From a virus: a stretch of 64,000 nt of DNA. The notes beneath the pieces are model-generated. The model was not told the DNA's origin. It ran no database searches and saw only the letters and a list, made by a program, of their open reading frames with translations. Positions 39,390-48,770 of this stretch are shown one piece after another. Made by a program: the position numbers and the translations under genes. The stretch lies in the IMG/VR virus record IMGVR_UViG_3300046318_000491, positions 89,712 to 153,711 of that record; one strand, written 5' to 3'. Within the stretch, counting starts at the first letter, position 1. Every line of letters starts with the position of its first letter.

Positions 39390-39893
39390 TTAACTCGATT
39401 CTGTGTAGCGAAGACGCTCGGCAGGGATGAGCCCTGCGTTAGCAAACTTCTTTAGGTGGTAGTTGGCATTTGATCGTGACCAGTTCATGTAGGACATCAG
39501 GACCTTACGAGGTGACCCGTCACAGGCAAACTCTGCGTAGTAGTACTGCGCAAGAGTGGTGGTGTCTTTCAGGGACAAAGTATCTAACTTAGCTCCTAGA
39601 AAATGGTTGTAACTGTAAACAAGATCCCGCATAACTTCGGGGATACGCAACTTAGTAAGCGCATAGGTTGTGATCTTCTCTGGCTTAGTTGCTTCGATTA
39701 GGCTCATTGAATCAAGCTTTAGTCGGTTACCGTCAAATACGAATGTGTATTCAGCGCGGAAGCCTAGAGCTGGGTACTCGATTAGTCGAGTTGTCATTTC
39801 TGGCAGTGAGAGCTGATTTCCATCGCTATCAACTGGCCCAAACTTAATTAGCTTGCCATCAGTCTTACTAGATGCCTTACCTAGATTAATCAT
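39390..39893 (-). CDS. Hypothetical protein, possible C-terminal winged HTH
   Basis: C-terminal ..MNWSRSNANYHLKKF..AGLI is wHTH-like. Confidence 0.55.
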   Translation of the reverse strand: MINLGKASSKTDGKLIKFGPVDSDGNQLSLPEMTTRLIEYPALGFRAEYTFVFDGNRLKLDSMSLIEATKPEKITTYALTKLRIPEVMRDLVYSYNHFLGAKLDTLSLKDTTTLAQYYYAEFACDGSPRKVLMSYMNWSRSNANYHLKKFANAGLIPAERLRYTESS

Positions 39894-40444
39894 TACTTAA
39901 CTCGATTCTCTTGAACGATCGGGGTGTAAACCTTAGAGGTTGCGGTTACCGGCTTCTTGTAGCCATAGCGTACAAGGCGGAAACGGAGTGCACCGTGAGT
40001 TACGCCGAGACGCTTTGCCAAACGGTAGAGGGTTACGCCCTCAACAGTGTGAGCGTAGTTGAGCAGCTTGGTATACTCTTCTGCTTCCTCACGGTACTTC
40101 TTGCCGTTAGAGCGGACCTGCTGAGCGTATGGCTGCAATTCAAGCAGACGTGCAAGGGTAGCTGGGGTTGGCTCTACGTAAACTGGCTTTGGTCGCTCCG
40201 GCTTTAGTGGCGGAGTCGGGATAGAGATGTTTAGCTCACGTTCTTCTGACGGAGTTTTAGAAATCTGTCGTACTCGTTCGCGAGTTAGGCTGGACGCATT
40301 TGCGATTGCTTCGAGAGTCCAGTCATTTGCGCGTAGTTCGCGGATTAGTTGATTACGGTCCTCGTCATTGATGAGAGTACCAAAAGTATCTTTAATATCT
40401 GCAGGTAGCTGCTGATTCTTTTTAACATAAACGCTATCTGTCAT
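39893..40444 (-). CDS. Double helix-turn-helix DNA-binding protein (sigma region 4-like)
   Basis: WTLEAIANASSLTRERVRQI and VTLYRLAKRLGVTHGAL. Confidence 0.75.
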   Translation of the reverse strand: MTDSVYVKKNQQLPADIKDTFGTLINDEDRNQLIRELRANDWTLEAIANASSLTRERVRQISKTPSEERELNISIPTPPLKPERPKPVYVEPTPATLARLLELQPYAQQVRSNGKKYREEAEEYTKLLNYAHTVEGVTLYRLAKRLGVTHGALRFRLVRYGYKKPVTATSKVYTPIVQENRVK

Positions 40445-40471
40445 GGCGTTCCTTTCGTCTTTGTGTAAATC

Positions 40472-40500
40472 ACTGTACTAGGTTAGCTTTTCGCTGTCAA
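40472..40500 (-). promoter_or_regulatory. SigA-type promoter
   Basis: TTGACA-17nt-TACAGT upstream of the HTH gene. Confidence 0.7.
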
Positions 40501-40507
40501 ATATTTT

Positions 40508-40789
40508 TTAAAACTTTCTTGGACGGCCTTCAGCAAGATCGATAGGGACCTCGATCATTTCAACAATGTAGTACTCTCCGTCGGTATAGCTAGAGATTTC
40601 AACGTCAACAACATTGATCACTGACTCGACGACTGAAACCATCTGCTTAACTTCTTGAACGTTGGAGGCGATAGGGCAGTCAATGAGGACCACGCAGTCT
40701 GCCATTTCGAAAAGTCCGCTAGTGGGAAGGGCGTCTCTTAATTCGTCCGCGTTACTTACGAGAAGCTTTACGGTCATACTCATCTCCAT
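40508..40789 (-). CDS. Hypothetical protein
   Basis: ORF track; start uncertain. Confidence 0.55.
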   Translation of the reverse strand: MEMSMTVKLLVSNADELRDALPTSGLFEMADCVVLIDCPIASNVQEVKQMVSVVESVINVVDVEISSYTDGEYYIVEMIEVPIDLAEGRPRKF

Positions 40790-40931
40790 CGTCTAATAGG
40801 TCACTGTTCAGATCCGATTCGTTTCCGAACACGGCCACAACGATACCAAAGAACAATACCAATAGCAAGCCAACAAACGCAACTATACACATGATGATCA
40901 GTAAAACGGAGGAGATGGTAGGGACGTTCAT
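40752..40931 (-). CDS. Small membrane protein (59 aa)
   Basis: Read by hand: MNVPTISSVLLIIMCIVAFVGLLLVLFFGIVVAVFG...; below the ORF-track cutoff. Confidence 0.55.
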   Translation of the reverse strand: MNVPTISSVLLIIMCIVAFVGLLLVLFFGIVVAVFGNESDLNSDLLDDGDEYDRKASRK

Positions 40932-40934
40932 TAT

Positions 40935-41198
40935 TTATCGCTTCCCGTGGCGACGGCCGTAGCCGTGGGTTGGAGGGTAGATGGCACCTAGAAGTGGCTC
41001 TATGTCGTGATCGTGACCGCAGTCGGCGTGGTGCTTATCGTGGTGGTGTGCAAACTTGGCATCTCGGCGAGCTTTGTGCTCTTCTTCGTGTTGCTTGATT
41101 TGCTTGCTGACTTTGTCAGTGTAGTAGAGCAAGAATAGACCGACGCAGCCATAAATAAGCGCAATTATGGCGAAAATAGTTTCTTGTAGAGTGATCAT
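40935..41198 (-). CDS. Small membrane protein with His-rich tail (leaderless)
   Basis: N-terminal TM helix and HHHDKHHADCGHDH; -10 TAAGGT lies 6 nt upstream of the ATG. Confidence 0.6.
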   Translation of the reverse strand: MITLQETIFAIIALIYGCVGLFLLYYTDKVSKQIKQHEEEHKARRDAKFAHHHDKHHADCGHDHDIEPLLGAIYPPTHGYGRRHGKR

Positions 41199-42091
41199 GA
41201 TTCTACCTTAGCATACAAAGAAGTCAAGTGGTGCATCGACATAGTTGGACGAATTTTTCAAAAATTTGTGGAGGCCGATTTTAAAAAAGGGGGGTCTTCA
41301 GGATGGGAGGAATTTGTTGTATTTGCAAACGGATATGGTATAGTAGGCGTCTACTGCTTTTGGCGTGTGAGTGGGTAGCAGCTATATATCGACCTCTTCG
41401 AAAACGTTTCCTGATTTCGGTCTGAGAGTTGGTCGAATCTTCCTACGAAATCCGTGACGGACTGCCTTGGGTCTTGCCTCTCTTCTCTACCAGCCAGTTC
41501 CCCCCCTCAGCCCTCCAATACAAACATCTGATTACACATCAAAGATTACGACAGCCCTCGACTCCTCTGCTCATGACTTCAAACAAGTAGTCATCTACTT
41601 CATCACAAGTGCTATGCCACTAACATCTAACGAGCATAGAACAACATTCATTCAAAGTAACCCGGATCGAAATCTTCTCAAGAAACTTTCAATGAATGTC
41701 ATCTAACAACGACAGAAAAAATAAATACCTACACCACCCGACCAAATCTCTGACGACATCAAACATCTACACGACTAGCAAGGCTATGCTCATCATTTCC
41801 ACAAGAACTGGGAACAATGCCCATGCTCTCTCTGCTCTGCTCACATACGCCCGCCTAAGCCCGCTACGCTTATGCTCTTATTTATTCAATGAATAGGGGG
41901 TTGAACTGCTATGACTGACCAGCCTGAACTCTCTAGGACTACCCAACGGCAAGCACATACGAGCCAGCAAAGCCCGTGTTAGTCCACGCACGCCCGTGTA
42001 GTCCTAACTCCTCTACAACGCCCACACAAGGCTTACGGCAGGCAAAAGAAAACCCCCACCAGCGAACTGGCAGGGGCTTTCGTTTGAACTG

Positions 42092-42253
42092 TTAGAAGGT
42101 GCGGAAGGTGAAGGTGCGACCGTCTGTCATTAGAGACTTAGTTGCCTCGATGATTTCAATGGCACGCTTGACTGAGTTAGCCTCATAGGTTGGCTGTGAA
42201 GATAGGGTTCCGTCTGCTTCGTAAACGGTGATTTCGATTCCAGTGAAACGCAT
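42092..42253 (-). CDS. Microprotein (53 aa), paralog of 43160-43330
   Basis: Start revised to MRFTGIEI (RBS GAAGGA). Confidence 0.7.
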   Translation of the reverse strand: MRFTGIEITVYEADGTLSSQPTYEANSVKRAIEIIEATKSLMTDGRTFTFRTF

Positions 42254-42463
42254 TTTGTTTTTCCTTCTGTAGCCCTCCACCCCCTTGGCTTCCTGACTAC
42301 ATAAGTAGTCTATCACACCAATACCAAAAAACGCAAATCAAATCCCGTGCCTCACCCCCGTGTCTGACTTTCGACAGAAAAAATAAATACCCCTCGGCGA
42401 GCGCGAAATCCGAACGGCAAAAGAAAAAACCCCCGCCGAAGCGAGGGTCTTTCAGAAATCTAT

Positions 42464-42634
42464 TTAGGAATGGTCTAACTTCCAACCAAGCCAAGTGAAG
42501 CCAACGGCGAGCGCAAACAATAGAAACTCCACAATGGCGGGCGCACCGCCTACGGCATAGCCGAACAGCCAGACAAATCCCAAGCCTACGGCAAGCCCAT
42601 AGGCGACCACAGCGAACTCTCGGTAGGCTTTCAC
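42464..42634 (-). CDS. Two-TM membrane microprotein (56 aa)
   Basis: Read by hand: MKAYREFAVVAYGLAVGLGFVWLFG...; GTGA coupling with the upstream ORF. Confidence 0.6.
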   Translation of the reverse strand: MKAYREFAVVAYGLAVGLGFVWLFGYAVGGAPAIVEFLLFALAVGFTWLGWKLDHS

Positions 42635-42753
42635 TTCTCCGACCGCCTACGAGCCAGATACGCCTCATGCTGGGCATGGCGGAAAGTGTAGAACGCTTTA
42701 TCGCTCAACCACGCCCAAAGGCGATAGACAGCCGTGTGATAAGTCTTACGCAT
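42631..42753 (-). CDS. Microprotein (40 aa)
   Basis: Read by hand: MRKTYHTAVYRLWAWLSDK...; TAATG coupling. Confidence 0.55.
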   Translation of the reverse strand: MRKTYHTAVYRLWAWLSDKAFYTFRHAQHEAYLARRRSEK

Positions 42754-42947
42754 TATGAACCTGCCTTTGCTTGACGCTTTGCCTGACCTGCCAACTTACG
42801 CTTTACATAGCGACTGACTTCGACCTCAACTGGCTTAGGCTTACGGCACTCGCCACAAACCTGCTTTGATGAGTAGTAGTAGCCAACCTCTGTGTGAAAC
42901 TGTTCACCGCAGTTGTAGCAGTGAAGCCAAACCTTGTTGCCTGACAT
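42753..42947 (-). CDS. Zinc-ribbon microprotein
   Basis: CYNC...CGEC with a basic tail; RBS AAGGGG. Confidence 0.7.
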   Translation of the reverse strand: MSGNKVWLHCYNCGEQFHTEVGYYYSSKQVCGECRKPKPVEVEVSRYVKRKLAGQAKRQAKAGS

Positions 42948-43159
42948 CTGAACCCCTTACCCCAATCCCTCTGACTGGATACTCCCAGTCTACTCTAACC
43001 CTCTGACAAAACGCAACACCTCTCCGCGTGTGTCGCCGTGCCCCCGCCCGTGCCAACGCTGACAGAAAAAATAAATACCGCACGCCAGCGAAAAAATCGC
43101 CAGCCAGCGAGCAAAGAAAAAACCCCCTGCCTCTCGGCAAGGGGTTAGTTCGTTTACTT

Positions 43160-43330
43160 CTATCGGTGACCTACAACGCTAAAGGTCATAGTATTACCGC
43201 TACCTGCGATAAGTTCCTCGGTACGTTCGATAATCTCCTGTGCCTTGTCCCACGAGTGGCACTCGTAGACTGGCTCAATGTAGTTTCCGTCTGGCTCTGT
43301 AATCTTGATTACAAGTGAGTTGATAGTCAT
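43160..43330 (-). CDS. Microprotein (56 aa), paralog of 42092-42253
   Basis: Read by hand: MTINSLVIKITEPDGNYIEPVYECHSWDKAQEIIERT...; RBS AAGGGGG. Confidence 0.65.
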   Translation of the reverse strand: MTINSLVIKITEPDGNYIEPVYECHSWDKAQEIIERTEELIAGSGNTMTFSVVGHR

Positions 43331-43342
43331 TCGTGCGCCCCC

Positions 43343-43666
43343 TTACAAGGTCTTTAGGTAGTCGTATTCGGTGGTCTTTAGAGTTGCCTCGTAAGCCTCT
43401 GGGAATAGCGACTTCATTAGTTCACGGTCAAAGTGTGTGTTAGCACCGTTCACAACACGAACGGCAACTACGCCCTCAACAACGCCAGCCTTTGCCTCGC
43501 CTAGAGCCTCACGCAAGATAGCCTCTGCCTTTGACTTTAGGGCCTTAGCCTTTGCCTCTGCCGCTTTTGCTTTGTTGAAAGTGGTGAGAGCCTTGATAGC
43601 CTTTGCTGAAAGTTCTACGCCCTCTACGGTCTTGTTGCTCTTTACTGCTACAACTGTGTTAGCCAT
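43343..43666 (-). CDS. Hypothetical protein, similar to 49179-49559
   Basis: Start revised to MANTVV (RBS AAGGGG). Confidence 0.7.
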   Translation of the reverse strand: MANTVVAVKSNKTVEGVELSAKAIKALTTFNKAKAAEAKAKALKSKAEAILREALGEAKAGVVEGVVAVRVVNGANTHFDRELMKSLFPEAYEATLKTTEYDYLKTL

Positions 43667-43886
43667 TTGGCTACCCCTTATCTTTTCTACCAGCCTTGTT
43701 GCTGATGTATTCAGCATACAGGCATTACTTCCGAAAGTCAAATCCAAATCCACAAATCTTTTCCCGTGTCGTCGCCCGCCGGGTTGTCGGCAGAAAAAAT
43801 AAATACCCATACCCGGTAGCAAAATAAATCCGAACGGCAAAGAAAAAAGGCTGAGCATTTCTGCCCAGCCTCTCGTCTTGAAACTT

Positions 43887-44234
43887 CTACGCTAACGCCC
43901 TCAAGTTCGCACCCGCACTCGCAAGGTTGCGAATCATTCGAGCGTTGTCCTCGGTGAGTCCTAGAGTGTCGCCGTCTTCGTCTGTCCCACCCGTAAACAC
44001 TACGCTGCCCTGAATGTCGTAGTTCCCACCAACGGTAGCAAAGAAAACAGTTCCTATTGCGTTTGGTTCTGGTTCGTTCCTCAAGAGAAACTCCTCGTTC
44101 ACCCACATAATCAAGTTCTCGTTGATGTCGATAGCCTCGATCCAGCCGTCTACGCCTGCTTGTAGTTCCTCTAGAGAAACTCCAGTCTCCGTGACATTGT
44201 AGTTTGCGTCTACTACTAGAGCCAACTTTTCCAT
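43887..44234 (-). CDS. DUF3846-like protein
   Basis: LEELQ..VDGWIE...MWVNEE...N.IG...I.G.VVFTG; start revised. Confidence 0.7.
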   Translation of the reverse strand: MEKLALVVDANYNVTETGVSLEELQAGVDGWIEAIDINENLIMWVNEEFLLRNEPEPNAIGTVFFATVGGNYDIQGSVVFTGGTDEDGDTLGLTEDNARMIRNLASAGANLRALA

Positions 44235-44508
44235 TTGAATCCCCAATCCATAAACCACTCTGGCTTATGTTCTAAGTTTACCAATACCCACTGACATTTT
44301 CAACTTCTCACCGTGCGTGTTTCTTCGTTCGTTCGTTGTTGCGGTATACGCAGAAAAAATAAATACCCACCGCACGCACCAAAATTATTCGAGCGAGCAA
44401 CAAAAAACCCGATAGCACAATCACTATCGGGTCTCTCGGAGAAAGAAACGAGGGGGCGTTTCCGTTATCTCTGTCGCTACCAAAGGGGGATAAGGTAGCG
44501 AGTTCTAT

Positions 44509-44736
44509 TTAGTTGTTGGGGTCGTAGTCGGCGTAGTAGTCGTCTCGCAAGTCTTCCTTGCTAGGCACTTCGACTTCTAGGACTGAACGGCACTTAGGAC
44601 ATTCGGCTGTCACAGTAGTTCCGTAGTCGTCTGTCTGACCGTCTAGTTCCATTTCTTCGTCGCAGTGTGAGCAGAAAAACCAAGCGGTGTAATCGGTAGA
44701 GTCAATCCCTGACCCTTTCATTGAAAACCCAGGCAT
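44509..44736 (-). CDS. Zinc-ribbon microprotein
   Basis: CSHC...CPKC. Confidence 0.7.
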   Translation of the reverse strand: MPGFSMKGSGIDSTDYTAWFFCSHCDEEMELDGQTDDYGTTVTAECPKCRSVLEVEVPSKEDLRDDYYADYDPNN

Positions 44737-44888
44737 TAGTGGTTCATCTCAAATCCTGCTGAATACTCGACGCCCGCTGGAGTTGGGTCGTAGCAATCCT
44801 GACATACGCCACCTGCTACATAGTATTCGGCAACCATTGGGTTGCTCTCTGTAATCTTGCTCTCGCAGTTTGGACACTTCTCTGACAT
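44736..44888 (-). CDS. Zinc-ribbon microprotein (50 aa)
   Basis: Read by hand: MSEKCPNC...CQDC...; RBS AAGGGG. Confidence 0.65.
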   Translation of the reverse strand: MSEKCPNCESKITESNPMVAEYYVAGGVCQDCYDPTPAGVEYSAGFEMNH

Positions 44889-45119
44889 CTGAAACCCCTT
44901 GTCTGCCAACCCCTTGTTGGCTACAAGAACTACATTACAGGATACCTACGACAAACGCAAATCGAAACGCCGAAAACTTTTCCGTGTCGCCAACCCCGCG
45001 AGCGCGTTCACAGAAAAAATAAATACCCCTCGGCAGACGAGAAACTCGGCGAGCAAGGCAAAAAGAAAACCCCCGCATTTCTGCGAGGGTTGTCTTGAAA
45101 CTGTATCTGATTTGGCGTA

Positions 45120-45344
45120 TTACTCGCCTACGATTCTGTCTATCAAGCGTGAGACCTGCGGTGAGAATGTAAGCATTAGGGCAATGATTACGCCTAGCCC
45201 CAAGCCATTCTGGAAAACTTCTTCACTTGAAACGGTAGGCTCTGCCCCTGCGATTACCAACCATAGGTAGGCAAGCGTGTAAACCCCTGCGACTACTGGA
45301 ATAGAGATAATCCCTACAACTGCTCTGCGAATGTAAAACTTCAT
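45120..45344 (-). CDS. Two-TM membrane microprotein
   Basis: Hydrophobic helices; own promoter and RBS. Confidence 0.7.
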   Translation of the reverse strand: MKFYIRRAVVGIISIPVVAGVYTLAYLWLVIAGAEPTVSSEEVFQNGLGLGVIIALMLTFSPQVSRLIDRIVGE

Positions 45345-45422
45345 TTTGAATCCCCTTTTCTAGTTAGGCTTTCTAACTACTTACAGTTTACCCTACAACT
45401 TTTTGAATGTCAAGCATTTCTT

Positions 45423-45587
45423 TTAGTAGTTCTCATTGACATACTCAACCAGTTCATCTTGCGACTTACCAGCACGAATCAAGTCCTTGACTTCTTCGTC
45501 TTCGGCAAGCAACTCAAACATAACCGTAGTCTCACCTGACAAGACAATCAACTTCTCGAACAACGATAGTTCTCTATTTAGAATCAT
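45423..45587 (-). CDS. Microprotein (54 aa)
   Basis: Start revised to MILNREL (RBS AAAGGGG). Confidence 0.65.
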   Translation of the reverse strand: MILNRELSLFEKLIVLSGETTVMFELLAEDEEVKDLIRAGKSQDELVEYVNENY

Positions 45588-45774
45588 TTGAATCCCCTTT
45601 GTTTGGATAGTCATACTTTATCACCAAGCACCGACATTTTCAACTTCCAACGAACCCGTGTCATCTCGCTGTCGCCGGCAGTCAGAAAAAATAAATACCC
45701 TCGGATTTCGAGAAAAAGATTTCGCGCAAACGCAAAAAAAAACGCCTGCCTTTCGGCAAGCGCTTCTTTTTAGT

Positions 45775-45903
45775 TCAACTACATAACTGTCCAGCAAACC
45801 AACTATCAAACTCGCTCTCGCAGTCCTCGCATAAAGGGTGAACGGTTGTTATGTCTTCGACTTCTATCGCCGTGTCACATTGGTAACACTCTGTCTTAGC
45901 CAT
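45775..45903 (-). CDS. Zinc-ribbon microprotein (42 aa)
   Basis: Read by hand: MAKTECYQC...LCEDC...; TAATG coupling. Confidence 0.6.
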   Translation of the reverse strand: MAKTECYQCDTAIEVEDITTVHPLCEDCESEFDSWFAGQLCS

Positions 45904-46151
45904 TAGTCAATACCCCAACAATCGGCACACTTCGGAACAGTAAACCCTGAACCATTTGCCTTGTTGTTCTCGTAGTGGAGGTGGAGGCTCTCGTCTAGCA
46001 CAATCGTCTTATCACATTGACGGCACGACACTTCGTAAGTGTTCTCAGTCATCATTCGTGAACGGTTATACATCTTCGAGATTTCGTAGTTGATTTCGTC
46101 ATCTGACATTTCGACGGCAGACTTACTCAAGTTCGTAGTCCGTGTCATCAA
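45903..46151 (-). CDS. Zinc-ribbon small protein
   Basis: CRQC...CADC; start uncertain. Confidence 0.6.
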   Translation of the reverse strand: MMTRTTNLSKSAVEMSDDEINYEISKMYNRSRMMTENTYEVSCRQCDKTIVLDESLHLHYENNKANGSGFTVPKCADCWGID

Positions 46152-46404
46152 GCCAAGTTTCTAGACGGTGTCCGTCGATTACTGCCCACGCTGGAGCGGC
46201 AGTCAATCCCTTGTAACCCACGCCATCTGGCATACTAATCAAACGATTCGGCTCGCCATTGTTGTAATGCTCAATCGCTTCAACGCAAACTGGAACCATT
46301 GACAACGGCACAGGTGGAAAAAAGTTGCCACGCAAGTGCCAAGTGATTTGTTCTTCTAGTGGAATACCAGTTTCGGCGATTCCTTCGGCATACATTCTAC
46401 CCAT
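46123..46404 (-). CDS. Hypothetical protein
   Basis: 93 aa with RBS AGGGG and a promoter. Confidence 0.7.
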   Translation of the reverse strand: MGRMYAEGIAETGIPLEEQITWHLRGNFFPPVPLSMVPVCVEAIEHYNNGEPNRLISMPDGVGYKGLTAAPAWAVIDGHRLETWLDDTDYELE

Positions 46405-46677
46405 TTACTTCCCCTAATCTTTCGGTGTAGCCCTATTGCTACATCTGTAATCTTACTCTACTTCCAACGACTTCGCAACTCTCGTTCGTTGTGTGTCCCG
46501 CAGCTCGCAGAAAAAATAAATACCGCCTACACAAACAAAAATCGAAAAGCAAAACGGTAAAAGAAAAAGTGGTATCAGACGGGGGGTCCAATACCACTTC
46601 TCTTTGAGGCGAGCGAAAGGGGGATAACTCTCGCCTCCATCAGTTAGGGAGGTTACTCGACCTAACTAACTTCTACT

Positions 46678-47013
46678 CTACACTAAAGTTTTTGAAAACT
46701 CGTCGTGTTCAACATCTTGATACGTGTAAACGCCTGTGTCTGCGTTTACGAATACAGTTGGAGCATCTGCCCACTCCGAGCCAGTCACCTTGCCTGTGTA
46801 AATCCCGAATGACAGTTCGCCATCATAGTTGCCAATCTTTGCGAACTCGTAGAAAATCTGTGCGGTGAGATAACTAGGGTCGCCAATACGCCCTGAACGC
46901 TCTAGCACGCTACGAACAGCAAGAATGTTGTCATCGCCTGACCAATGTCCATAAAATACAACTGGAATCTCGAACTGCTCTGACGAGACTTCGATAAATG
47001 CTCTGTTTCCCAT
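46678..47013 (-). CDS. Hypothetical protein
   Basis: Start revised to MGNRAFI; Y.HW.G and D..YLTA motifs. Confidence 0.7.
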   Translation of the reverse strand: MGNRAFIEVSSEQFEIPVVFYGHWSGDDNILAVRSVLERSGRIGDPSYLTAQIFYEFAKIGNYDGELSFGIYTGKVTGSEWADAPTVFVNADTGVYTYQDVEHDEFSKTLV

Positions 47014-47226
47014 TTGAATCCCCTTATCTGTAACCAATCTGGCTACATACATAGATTACCATGCTCATGCGAGAAAGTCAAACCTCGCTCACTTCAAACG
47101 AATCGTGTGTTCGCACGTGCGGCAGCGCGGCAGAAAAAATAAATACCACCGGCAACGACGCAAATTGTTTCGCAAGGCATAAAAAAACTCCCCGCCTTTC
47201 AGCGAGGAGTTCTTTCGTTTGAAGTT

Positions 47227-47619
47227 CTATACTAACTCTGGCTCTGGCTCAAAGTCACGAACCAAAACATTTCGAGTAAATACGCTCGAACCCCAGTTCA
47301 AGTCGTGTCCTACTGCCTCTGCCTCAAGTTCAACGGAAGTTCCTGAACGCTCACCGTTATCCCAATCACGCACACGCAATACGCCCTGAACCATAATGCG
47401 GTCGCCCTTGTTCACCGAACCAGAAACATTTATAGCAAGTTGCTTGAAAGCGGTAATCGTATACCAGTTGGTCTCGCCATCTACCCACTTGTCTAATGCT
47501 CTGTCGAATCGGCGGTTGCTACTTGCTAGTCGGAATGATGTAATCGCCAAGCCCTCGGCTGTGACGATGTGTCGTGGTGTAGTTGCTACTAGTCCAGCAA
47601 CGCTAATGGTCTCTGCCAT
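47227..47619 (-). CDS. ssb: Single-stranded DNA-binding protein (actinobacterial type, short C-terminus)
   Basis: OB-fold motifs SFRLAS..R.FD....WVDGETNWY...LA.NV..S..KGDR..V.G.L...E.EA..VG.DL. Confidence 0.9.
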   Translation of the reverse strand: MAETISVAGLVATTPRHIVTAEGLAITSFRLASSNRRFDRALDKWVDGETNWYTITAFKQLAINVSGSVNKGDRIMVQGVLRVRDWDNGERSGTSVELEAEAVGHDLNWGSSVFTRNVLVRDFEPEPELV

Positions 47620-47971
47620 TTTTCCCTTTCAGTAGATTACTGAATTTCATCTACATAAGAATCTTACCAGACTGCTACGACAAATACAACTTACAAACAA
47701 CTCCGCGTCTGCTCGCTCGACGGAAGTTGTCAGAAAAAATAAATACCCTCTTGCGGTAAAAAAATAATCCCCAGAAAAAACTAAAAGACCAGAAAAGCAC
47801 AATGCGTTATCTGGTCTTGAAGTTTGACCCCAGGGTCTGTGTTTAGCGACACTGCTGTCGGTTTCCCTAACATAGTAGCGAAGTTTTTAGGCGAAGAAAT
47901 AGAGTCTAGAATACTCAATCACCGCAACCCACTCACCGACCTCCGTGGTTCAATGTGTTAGGCAAGTCTAT

Positions 47972-48091
47972 TTAGTTTTCGTCGTCGTGAGAGAAATACT
48001 TATTGGAACACTCAACGCACATACCAAGTTCTTCGGCATGAACGTCGGCTTCAATCATCTCGCCACATACGTCGCAAGGCAACTTACTCAT
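47972..48091 (-). CDS. Zinc-ribbon microprotein (39 aa)
   Basis: Read by hand: MSKLPCDVC...MCVEC... Confidence 0.6.
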   Translation of the reverse strand: MSKLPCDVCGEMIEADVHAEELGMCVECSNKYFSHDDEN

Positions 48092-48308
48092 CTTCGCTGA
48101 ACTCATCTAGAGCGTCGCGTGCCACGCTCCAAGTCGCCCCCATGTCGCGGAGCAAATCCTTTTCTTCCAAGTAGTGTTCCTGAATGAACTCAATGGCAAG
48201 TTCCAATGCGTTCACCGCACTCTCGGTAACTACCTCTAGTTCAATCTCGGTGTCTACTATCGAACTGATAGCGGCACACAAGTTCAGTTCGTCCTGACGC
48301 TTGCTCAT
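48084..48308 (-). CDS. Acidic hypothetical protein
   Basis: 74 aa with promoter and RBS. Confidence 0.65.
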   Translation of the reverse strand: MSKRQDELNLCAAISSIVDTEIELEVVTESAVNALELAIEFIQEHYLEEKDLLRDMGATWSVARDALDEFSEDE

Positions 48309-48473
48309 TCTCTTACCCCTTTCTTAGGTAATCTCACTTTACCATAACCCTCGGACAAAATACAAAACATTCTTCCCGTGTTTTCCGCGAGCGCGAATGT
48401 TGTCAGAAAAAATAAATACGACCTACGGCAAAAAAAACGCCGACCAAAAAAGTCGGCGTTCGTTTTTTGTTTG

Positions 48474-48770
48474 TTAGTGCGAAATCAAATCTGCGTATTC
48501 ATCTACACGCTTCAACAAATCTTCTGCGGTGTTTGGAATGTCCAACCCAGCCAGTCGCATGCTTGTCTTCATGACCAAATCTGCGGTGCTAAGTCCGAGA
48601 GCGAGAGCAAGATTCTCAATCACTTCTGATGAGGCTTCTTTTTGCCCTCGTTCGACTTCTGACAAATACCCCAGAGCGATAAACCCTGATGTGCTCAAAT
48701 CTCGTAGCGTCTTCTTTTTGGCGGTGCGTTGCTCACGCAAGACCTCGCCCAATGCTTCACGAAATAACAT
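48474..48770 (-). CDS. XRE-family HTH regulator, ClgR-like
   Basis: LFREALGEVLR..R....TLRDLS....IALGYLSEVERGQKEASSE closely matches actinobacterial ClgR-type regulators. Confidence 0.85.
   Translation of the reverse strand: MLFREALGEVLREQRTAKKKTLRDLSTSGFIALGYLSEVERGQKEASSEVIENLALALGLSTADLVMKTSMRLAGLDIPNTAEDLLKRVDEYADLISH

Noticed and set aside
47820-47970. tRNA or hammerhead ribozyme
   Set aside because: No cloverleaf or T-loop and no CUGANGA core. I found no tRNA or rRNA gene anywhere by eye.
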